From positions 124,001 through 188,000 of the IMG/VR virus record IMGVR_UViG_3300035703_000010: a DNA stretch of 64,000 nt. The stretch is one strand, 5' to 3'. Position numbers and translations under genes: made by a program. Each line of letters begins with the position of its first letter. Position 1 is the stretch's first letter. Below the pieces are notes generated by a model. It did no database searches and was not told where the DNA came from. It was given only the letters and a program-made list of their open reading frames with translations. This document shows, piece after piece, positions 19,086-26,311 of the stretch.

Positions 19086-19909
19086 GATGGGCAACTGACA
19101 TTCACCTAGACATGGCAGGTGATGTTTTAGGAAAAGTAAAAATGTTATCTTCACAATTAAAAAATTGTGAAGCTTTATTGATAACAGGAGATATATCAGT
19201 TTCAGAGATGTTGGTTCCTCATCTTTCTATGCTGGAGACAGTTATAGAAAAACCGATATATTTTGTTTTAGGAAATCATGATTATTATGGATCAAATATA
19301 GGAATCGTTAGAAGAAAAGTTACGAACATGTGTAATTCTTCTTCATTCCTAAGATACATGTCCAGCGTTCCTTTTATTAAAATTGACGAAGGGAAATACA
19401 TTATAGGTCATGATGGGTGGTATGATACGCAAAACGGTAATCCGTACAGTGATACATTGTTAATGAATGACTGGATAAGAATTGGAGATTTTAATTCTTC
19501 TATTCGAGCTTCCTATGATGGAAGAGCAATAAACAAAAATGTAATCGTTGGAATATCAAAACAGCTTGCTCAACAATCCGTAAATCATGTTGCTAACGCA
19601 ATTAAAGCAGTGATAAAAAGCAGCGAGCACATTGTTGTGATGACGCATGTCCCTCCGTTTAAAGAATCATTTAATGCTTCAGAAAAATATTCTGGTATAC
19701 CATCGACTGACATTTTACCATGGTACACTTCAAAAGTCATGGGTGATATGTTGCTGAATGCTGCGAAAACATATCCTCACGTTAAGTTTACAGTATTATC
19801 TGGACATGTCCATAGTCATTATGATGATGATTTGCTCAATAACTTAAATGTGAAAGTTGGAAGAGCAATTTATGGAAATCCGCAGCTAGCAACTTCGATA
19901 TCTGTTTAA
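19076..19909 (+). CDS. Calcineurin-like metallophosphoesterase
   Basis: TDIHLD, TGDIS, GNHDYY, THVPP, SGHVH. GTG at 19076 follows RBS AGAGGAG. Confidence 0.85.
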   Translation: MQIGWATDIHLDMAGDVLGKVKMLSSQLKNCEALLITGDISVSEMLVPHLSMLETVIEKPIYFVLGNHDYYGSNIGIVRRKVTNMCNSSSFLRYMSSVPFIKIDEGKYIIGHDGWYDTQNGNPYSDTLLMNDWIRIGDFNSSIRASYDGRAINKNVIVGISKQLAQQSVNHVANAIKAVIKSSEHIVVMTHVPPFKESFNASEKYSGIPSTDILPWYTSKVMGDMLLNAAKTYPHVKFTVLSGHVHSHYDDDLLNNLNVKVGRAIYGNPQLATSISV

Positions 19910-19925
19910 TTATATAAGGGCGGTT

Positions 19926-20456
19926 ATGAAGAGATCGCTACTACTAAACTCAAACGGCGAACCACTACAGTTCATTAGTGAAGTAAGGGCAATTAAGCTT
20001 GTACTTAGCGGAAGAGCAGATCCGCAAACCGGATCTACTGGTGAACCTTCTTACTGGGATGATGAATACAATACGTGTTCAAGCGCTTTTAAGCTTCCAG
20101 CTGTTTTACGATTGAAGAATTACATTGTTCGCAAAATTGATAGAAAACCTCCACGATTTCAAAAGCGAGTATTGTTTAATAGAGATTCTTGGTGCTGTCA
20201 ATATTGTGGTATAGAATTAAGTTATTCTTCTATTACGGTCGACCATGTATTACCAATTTGTAAGGGAGGCCCAACAACTTGGAATAATTGTGTTGCGGCT
20301 TGCAAGATTTGCAATCGTAAAAAAGGTGGAAAAACATTAGAAGAATCAGGAATGAAATTAAAAAAGAGACCAACAGAACCATCGCCACTTCATTTTTGGG
20401 ATATATCTAAGTCTACTGCATGGCATGATGATTGGTCTATTTTCGTGAATGTTTAA
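19926..20456 (+). CDS. HNH endonuclease (McrA-like)
   Basis: RDSWCCQYCG...TVDHVLP...GG...WNNCVAACKICN. Confidence 0.9.
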   Translation: MKRSLLLNSNGEPLQFISEVRAIKLVLSGRADPQTGSTGEPSYWDDEYNTCSSAFKLPAVLRLKNYIVRKIDRKPPRFQKRVLFNRDSWCCQYCGIELSYSSITVDHVLPICKGGPTTWNNCVAACKICNRKKGGKTLEESGMKLKKRPTEPSPLHFWDISKSTAWHDDWSIFVNV

Positions 20457-20516
20457 TTACTGACATTTACATAAACTGCGATTGAAGTGAATAGTTATGC
20501 TAGGAGTTTTTTACAC

Positions 20517-21569
20517 ATGCGTTTGAAGTTATCTGACTTACAGAAAGTTGTCAAAGAAACGTTGCAAGAAAAAAAGCAATCTGAAGAATTTTGTAATGAG
20601 ATAAAAAAAGCTTTTGGTCCTTCTGTAGTTCTAAAAGATGATTTACAATCTTTAGCAGAAGCAGCAAATGAGCGTTTAGATGTAATCGAATACATGGGAA
20701 GAGAGTCAGTTAACTTCTCAAGAAAAGTCGCATTAGCAATGTCTTCTCATGAATCAGCTGAAGTCAGAAAACTCGCTGCAAGGTTGCTACCTGAAAACGC
20801 TTCTACAATCTTATTATTCGATCCGAAACCAAATGTTCGTTTAGCTGCAGCAAAAAAAGCAAAAGTTGAAGTATTAGAAGAAGCTGTAAAGAAATTTCCG
20901 AAAGACGTAGCATTAAAAGATTTATTTGAAGAAAAGAAAAAAGAAAAAGCATCTGCAATCGAAGCATCTGCTAGCCATAAAGATGAAGATATGCTTAGCG
21001 ATGAATGGTATGAAGGAGTAGCAAGAAAATTAATTCAAGATTATGCAAGAACCCTAGATACAACATGGCAAGGTTCTGCAGTAAAACAATTTTGTTCTTC
21101 AGTTAGAGCAACGACAAGACTCCCAGTAGATCCATCAAAGTTAATGGAAAAAATGTCAGAACTTCTTAAAAATCATGATGAAGCAAGACAAGAGTATTTA
21201 GAAATTAACGAAAGCGTAGAATTTCCAGGTTCTGAGTCTTATGATCCTGTTGACGACATGATGTGTGAAAATCTCTCTTCACAAAAATTTATCGATCGTT
21301 GCAACGAAGTTTTAAACATCAAATATTCTCAACTACCTCCTTCTATAATGAAATTTAAAATTCAAGAAGGATATACGATTAAAAAAATCCCAGTTTCGTG
21401 TACGTTGCCTCACGGCGGAGCTCCCAGACGGATAGATGAAATTGCTTTAGATACGTACGTAAAAAGCTGGAATGATAAGCAACGTTTAAATGGTGAACCA
21501 TTCGAAATTAAGTGGTCTTCTCACCCAGACGCAATAAATAAGATTACATTCAAGGTGGAATTAAAGTGA
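20517..21569 (+). CDS. Hypothetical protein with 'MRLKLSDLQKVVKET' N-terminus and short HEAT-like repeats
   Basis: Likely ATG at 20517, ATAGTTA at 20491, and repeats EVRKLAARLL / NVRLAAAKK. Confidence 0.6.
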   Translation: MRLKLSDLQKVVKETLQEKKQSEEFCNEIKKAFGPSVVLKDDLQSLAEAANERLDVIEYMGRESVNFSRKVALAMSSHESAEVRKLAARLLPENASTILLFDPKPNVRLAAAKKAKVEVLEEAVKKFPKDVALKDLFEEKKKEKASAIEASASHKDEDMLSDEWYEGVARKLIQDYARTLDTTWQGSAVKQFCSSVRATTRLPVDPSKLMEKMSELLKNHDEARQEYLEINESVEFPGSESYDPVDDMMCENLSSQKFIDRCNEVLNIKYSQLPPSIMKFKIQEGYTIKKIPVSCTLPHGGAPRRIDEIALDTYVKSWNDKQRLNGEPFEIKWSSHPDAINKITFKVELK

Positions 21570-22129
21570 TGAAAAAGAAAAAGCTTTCTGAGTCTATGGA
21601 AATGATGCTTACTGTTGAACCAAACTTAATGGTGATGACTGACAATATGATTGCTGAATGGGGCGGAACTCCTTATGCGGCTCTTTCAGTTTTGTTAGTT
21701 CATCTTAAGTACCTTTACTCTCTTCACCAAAATCATCATTGGACAGCAATGGGAGATCCTTACTATGGTGATCATCTTTTATTTCAACGCCTTTACGATG
21801 GAATTTTAAAAGAAGTCGATTCAGTTGCCGAAAAAGCAATTGGCCTTGGATGCACAGGAAATGTTGATCTTCAATTAGTTAATTCTCAAGTTCTTAAGTT
21901 AATCTGCGGACAAGGTTCTGCTAGCATGATTCCTCAATCATCTGATTTAGCTAAAAAATCTTTGATTGCTGAAATGAACTTTATTAAAGTAATTGATCAT
22001 GTTATTTCATCACTAGAAGAGTGTGGTCTTTTAACTTCAGGACTTTCAAATATGCTTGAAGGCATTGCAGACGTTCATGAAGGCCATGTATACTTACTGA
22101 AGCAAAGAATCTCTAAGCCTTTAGTTTGA
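21566..22129 (+). CDS. Dps/ferritin-like protein
   Basis: HQNHHW...DHLLFQRLYD...EVDSVAEKAIG...DVHEGHVYLL ferritin-like four-helix pattern. Confidence 0.65.
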   Translation: MMKKKKLSESMEMMLTVEPNLMVMTDNMIAEWGGTPYAALSVLLVHLKYLYSLHQNHHWTAMGDPYYGDHLLFQRLYDGILKEVDSVAEKAIGLGCTGNVDLQLVNSQVLKLICGQGSASMIPQSSDLAKKSLIAEMNFIKVIDHVISSLEECGLLTSGLSNMLEGIADVHEGHVYLLKQRISKPLV

Positions 22130-22139
22130 GGAATTTATC

Positions 22140-22373
22140 ATGGATCCAATGTTAGCAACAATCATGTACTTCGCAGGAAATTTTATCCCTCAAGGATGGA
22201 TGCCTTGCGACGGTTCTACGTTACAGGCGCAACAAAACGTAGCCTTATTTTCTTTGCTTGGAAACAGATTTGGCGGTGATGGTATCCACACTTTCTGCCT
22301 TCCAAAGATTCCTGATCTAAATGGACTTAAGGCAATAATCTGCGTTGAGGGTATCTATCCTGCAAGACCATAA
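22140..22373 (+). CDS. Stand-alone phage tail-collar domain protein
   Basis: IMYFAGNFIPQGWMPCDG...ALFSLLGNRFGGDG...FCLP matches the tail-collar signature. Confidence 0.85.
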   Translation: MDPMLATIMYFAGNFIPQGWMPCDGSTLQAQQNVALFSLLGNRFGGDGIHTFCLPKIPDLNGLKAIICVEGIYPARP

Positions 22374-22383
22374 GGAAAACAAC

Positions 22384-22644
22384 ATGAAAATTACAGCAAC
22401 TCAACTTCGCAAAATTATCAAAGAAGAAGTAAAAAACGCAACTATCCTTGCAGAAGCTTCATCTGACTCTTACATGAAAGTTCAAGATACAGAAAATGGA
22501 AAGCAATATTCTGTTTTTGTTCAAGAAGGAACGACTCCTTATTCTGTTTCAATTTCTTTCGGAAATTCTTTCTCTATTAATCTAAACGTTGAAGATGCAC
22601 AGGCTCTGTGCGATGCAATCTCTAAAGCGTCAATGGAAATTTGA
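22384..22644 (+). CDS. Hypothetical protein with 'MKITATQLRKIIKEE' N-terminus
   Basis: ATG at 22384 after RBS AAGGA. Confidence 0.65.
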   Translation: MKITATQLRKIIKEEVKNATILAEASSDSYMKVQDTENGKQYSVFVQEGTTPYSVSISFGNSFSINLNVEDAQALCDAISKASMEI

Positions 22645-22667
22645 TACAATTTTATAAAGAGAACAAT

Positions 22668-23204
22668 ATGAAAATCACACCAGCAAAACTTCGTCAAATT
22701 ATCAAAGAAGAACTTTCACGCGCTCTGAAAGAAGATGAATCGTGCCCCAAAGACACAATGAATGAAGCAATGTCAAGAATTACACCTGACGAAGTTGAAG
22801 CTTGGAAGAGCGGAGACTGGGGTTATGTTTCTGGTGATGAACCGCATCATGTGGATACGGGCAGTGAAGATCCTAACCGCTTCCTACATGGTAAGGATGG
22901 TCATGATGATGAAGGTGCAATGGTTAAGTCTCGTCTTCATTCAATGAAAGATATGTCTAAAGACATTTGTGATGTCGTTCAACCTGAGGATCAACTTCCT
23001 GGTTGGGTTCAAGATCATATCTCTGTGGCTCATGAGAACCTTCAACAAGTTCATGGTTACCTTATGGGTAAGCAACATTCAATGGAACATGGCGTGATGG
23101 AATCAAAGAAGAATCTTACAGAAGCTCATAACAGAGTTACTCGTGAAGAGATGGATGCTTGGATGCGTGGCGATTGGGGATTTGTTTCAGAAGAAAATGA
23201 ATGA
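22668..23204 (+). CDS. Hypothetical protein with 'MKITPAKLRQIIKEE' N-terminus and an internal repeat
   Basis: Two copies of EA..R+T.+E++AW..GDWG+VS, plus a central EGAMVKSRL...DQLPGWVQDHI segment. Confidence 0.65.
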   Translation: MKITPAKLRQIIKEELSRALKEDESCPKDTMNEAMSRITPDEVEAWKSGDWGYVSGDEPHHVDTGSEDPNRFLHGKDGHDDEGAMVKSRLHSMKDMSKDICDVVQPEDQLPGWVQDHISVAHENLQQVHGYLMGKQHSMEHGVMESKKNLTEAHNRVTREEMDAWMRGDWGFVSEENE

Positions 23205-23240
23205 TACAAAGATAAGTTAATAGTATATCATTTATTAGAT

Positions 23241-24317
23241 ATGCAAAGAACTTTATGCTTTGATGATGTACTATTAGTCCCTCAATACTCTGAAATTGAA
23301 TCAAGAAAAAATGTTGATTTATCAGTTTCAGGGTTTGACGTTTCTGAAGCACAACTGACTACTTCTCATCCTGTTTTAAAGTGTCCAATTGTTGGATCTC
23401 CGATGGATACAGTTATCAGTCCTGCTGCAGCTGCAATTCTAGAAGACTTTGGAGGCTTTGGAGTTCTTCATCGGTACTGTACGATTCAGGAATCAGTTAA
23501 AATGTTTTTAGAAACTGTCAGCAAATGCCCTGGCAGTCAAACGCCTAATATCATGGTTGCTGTTGGAGCAACTGGCGATTATCTTGAAAGGGCCACTGCA
23601 TTATACGAAGCAGGTTGTCGAGCTTTTTGTATCGATGTAGCGCATGGTCATCATTCTTCTGTAAAGAATGCATTATCAGAAATGCGTTTAAAGTTTGCAA
23701 ATGAAGTTCACATCATGACAGGAAACGTTGCAACCCTTGAAGCGTTTAACGATTTAGCTGATTGGGGGTCAGATTCAATCCGCGTTGGCGTCGGAGGAGG
23801 TTCGATGTGTTCGACAAGAATCAGAACCGGTCATGGCGTTCCGACGTTACAATCTATTATGGATTGTGCAAAATCTGATAGAGATGTTTTTATCGTTGCT
23901 GATGGAGGAATTCGCAATTCTGGCGATGCTGTTAAGGCTCTTGCTGCAGGTGCTGATATGATTATGCTTGGTTCAGTACTAGCAGGTCATGATGAATCTC
24001 CTGGAGAATTGATCGATTCGCACGGATTATCTTATCAAAACAAGCCATTAGGAATTAGCCTATTTAAAAAATTCAGAGGAATGGCGTCAAGAGAAGCTCA
24101 AATTCAATGGAGAGGAAGAGTTTCAGTCGTCGAAGGTGAATCAACAACAATACCTTACAAAGGATCATTATCAAACACAATAACTGATCTATTAGAAGGT
24201 ATTAGATCTGGTCTTTCTTATTCTGGAGCTAGAACCATTAGAGAACTAAGAACCAGCGCTAGATTCATCACAGTGACAGCACAAGGGGTCCGAGAAAACG
24301 GACCCCATGGTAAATGA
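23241..24317 (+). CDS. IMP dehydrogenase / GMP reductase family protein (no CBS domain)
   Basis: FDDVLLVP, PMDTV, IDVAHGH, GVGGGSMCSTR (catalytic Cys), IVADGGIRNSGD, FRGMAS. Confidence 0.9.
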   Translation: MQRTLCFDDVLLVPQYSEIESRKNVDLSVSGFDVSEAQLTTSHPVLKCPIVGSPMDTVISPAAAAILEDFGGFGVLHRYCTIQESVKMFLETVSKCPGSQTPNIMVAVGATGDYLERATALYEAGCRAFCIDVAHGHHSSVKNALSEMRLKFANEVHIMTGNVATLEAFNDLADWGSDSIRVGVGGGSMCSTRIRTGHGVPTLQSIMDCAKSDRDVFIVADGGIRNSGDAVKALAAGADMIMLGSVLAGHDESPGELIDSHGLSYQNKPLGISLFKKFRGMASREAQIQWRGRVSVVEGESTTIPYKGSLSNTITDLLEGIRSGLSYSGARTIRELRTSARFITVTAQGVRENGPHGK

Positions 24318-24329
24318 ATCTAAATTATA

Positions 24330-24833
24330 TCATTTTTCTCGTGGCCATTTCCCTGTAGCTTTATGCATCATCCATGCTGCTGCAGCTGCAGGGTTTTCTG
24401 CCCATCCTGATACTTTCTCCATTTTCTTAGCGAAAGTATCAGCTCCTTTTAATATTTTCTTTGCCGTTTTTTTGCTTGGGCCTTTTTGCTTTTTCTTTTT
24501 TGCTTCAGTCATTGCGCAACCGCATGGTTGTTCGATTTGAGTAGCCATCATTCCACATGCTGGGCAAACTCCGCTCATGTCACAAACACATTGTGAAACG
24601 GGTAATCCACATCCTTCGCAACTCTGCTCTGATGGCATGCATCCGCACTTTCCGGCGACGGACATCATTCCGCATGTTGGACAAATGTCACCCATACTAT
24701 CTTCGTCTAAGTCTCTTGCTCCAATAGCTCCGACAACCTTTATTCCAGGAACATCTCCAATTTTTGTTCCCATCTTAGAGTCAATAGGGTCGCCAAACAT
24801 TTCTAATATTGTTTTTTCTACGTTCTTTTTCAT
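24330..24833 (-). CDS. Cys-rich hypothetical protein with three CxxCG motifs and a basic C-terminus
   Basis: Likely ATG at 24833 with ATATTTA just upstream; CPTCGM, CEGCGL, CPACGM. Confidence 0.6.
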   Translation of the reverse strand: MKKNVEKTILEMFGDPIDSKMGTKIGDVPGIKVVGAIGARDLDEDSMGDICPTCGMMSVAGKCGCMPSEQSCEGCGLPVSQCVCDMSGVCPACGMMATQIEQPCGCAMTEAKKKKQKGPSKKTAKKILKGADTFAKKMEKVSGWAENPAAAAAWMMHKATGKWPREK

Positions 24834-24867
24834 GAAATTAAATATTCTCAATACATAGATTATACAA

Positions 24868-25173
24868 ATGGAATCTGATATTGCTTCTATGAATATCCTT
24901 TTATATTTCACCGCGTTTGTTTTAGGATACATCGTAGGGCGTATAACTGGAAAGCCTGACATCAGCGATCATAGAATCGATGCAAAAGGATCATTTTTTA
25001 AACCTGAAATTAGACAAAGAAAGCAAGTTGAAATTGATGAGAAGAAATTTGTAACATCTGTTTCTACTGATTCTTTAGAACGAAAAGGTAAAGATTTAGG
25101 AACGCAAACTATCGTAGAAGATGATCTTGCAACATCTGCATCAAAATTGGCGATGTTAAAGAAAAACAAGTAG
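24868..25173 (+). CDS. Membrane-anchored hypothetical protein
   Basis: N-terminal hydrophobic ILLYFTAFVLGYIVG; directly upstream of the actin-like gene. Confidence 0.6.
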   Translation: MESDIASMNILLYFTAFVLGYIVGRITGKPDISDHRIDAKGSFFKPEIRQRKQVEIDEKKFVTSVSTDSLERKGKDLGTQTIVEDDLATSASKLAMLKKNK

Positions 25174-25198
25174 TATATAATTCATCTAGGAGACAAAC

Positions 25199-26203
25199 AT
25201 GGCTAAAGGATTAGACGTCGGTACATCATTTATAGTTCTTGCTGAAGAAGGCGCAAAAGGAAAAGTTACATACAAAGATTTCCGCGATGCTTTTTATGTC
25301 ATCAAACCTACAACTCCAATTGCAACAAAGATGATTGAAAAGGGATTAGCAGGAAAAACTTTCGTTAAGGATGCCGATGGTTCTTTCATCATCCTTGGAA
25401 AAGACGCAATTGAGAAGGCAGTCGAGAGAAACGATTCAGCTAAGAGACCGATGTATAAAGGCGTAGTTTCTTCAAAAGAAAAAGATGCAAGAAGAATTTT
25501 GACTTATATCCTTAAAGAAGTATCAGGAACACCAGCAGAACCAGGAGAAAAATTAGTCTTCTGCGTACCAGCTCAACCTGTCGATCAAGAAGATGAGGAT
25601 TTTGACGTCGGATACCATGAAGACGTAATCGTAAAACTTCTTACAGAAGTTGGGTATTCAGCACGTGCAATAAATGAGGCCGAAGCTCTTTGTTATTCTG
25701 AACTAGAAAAGGATGATTATACTGGAGTGGCTCTATCATGGGGCGCGGGAATGGTTAACGTTTGCGTAATGCTCAATGGTGAACCTGTCGTTACTTTCTC
25801 TACAACGAAGTCTGGTGACTGGGTTGATCGCATGGCTGCAGTGGCTACTGGAGAACCTGATTCTATCGTTCAGGCAGAAAAGGAAAATGGAGATTTTACC
25901 GTAGGTCAGCCGAATGACAATCAAGTTCTTGCTGCGGTTGCTTCTTATTATGATCGTCTAATCGATTACACGACGAAGCAATTGGCATCATCCATGGAAG
26001 GACATAAGTCTATTCCAAAGTTCAAGGATCCGCTTCCAGTCGTCGTTGCTGGAGGAACCTCAAAAGCAAAAGGATTCGTCGATCTTTTTGCAAAGAAACT
26101 TAATGAGAATGGTTTTCCGCTTCCTGTCAAAGAAGTTCGTCATGCAGCTGATCCACTTCATGCTGTTGCTCGCGGTTGCCTAATCGCTGCGCAAATTATG
26201 TAA
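25199..26203 (+). CDS. Actin-like ATPase (MreB/MamK/ParM superfamily)
   Basis: Phosphate-1 GLDVGTS, connect-1 INEAEAL, phosphate-2 variant LSWGAGM, adenosine motif VAGGTS, connect-2 AVARGC. Confidence 0.85.
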   Translation: MAKGLDVGTSFIVLAEEGAKGKVTYKDFRDAFYVIKPTTPIATKMIEKGLAGKTFVKDADGSFIILGKDAIEKAVERNDSAKRPMYKGVVSSKEKDARRILTYILKEVSGTPAEPGEKLVFCVPAQPVDQEDEDFDVGYHEDVIVKLLTEVGYSARAINEAEALCYSELEKDDYTGVALSWGAGMVNVCVMLNGEPVVTFSTTKSGDWVDRMAAVATGEPDSIVQAEKENGDFTVGQPNDNQVLAAVASYYDRLIDYTTKQLASSMEGHKSIPKFKDPLPVVVAGGTSKAKGFVDLFAKKLNENGFPLPVKEVRHAADPLHAVARGCLIAAQIM

Positions 26204-26224
26204 GTTTATTGTCGAGTTGTTTGG

Positions 26225-26250
26225 AAAGGGCTCCGTGTGGAGCCCTTTTT
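26225..26250 (+). terminator. Intrinsic terminator after the actin-like gene
   Basis: AAAGGGCTCC-gtgt-GGAGCCCTTT followed by TT. Confidence 0.85.
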
Positions 26251-26268
26251 CATTTTAGAATCTTACTG

Positions 26269-26298
26269 GTGCAAAATATCTTGTCTTTAGGTTACAAT
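26269..26298 (+). promoter_or_regulatory. Putative sigma70-like promoter of dnaE
   Basis: GTGCAA (26269), 18 nt spacer, TACAAT (26293), immediately after the terminator. Confidence 0.35.
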
Positions 26299-26311
26299 AT
26301 GAAAATAGGTA

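Noticed and set aside
19926-20456. HNH gene as an intron-encoded or homing element
   Set aside because: The flanking genes are intact and no intron structure is evident; it looks like an ordinary free-standing McrA-like HNH gene.
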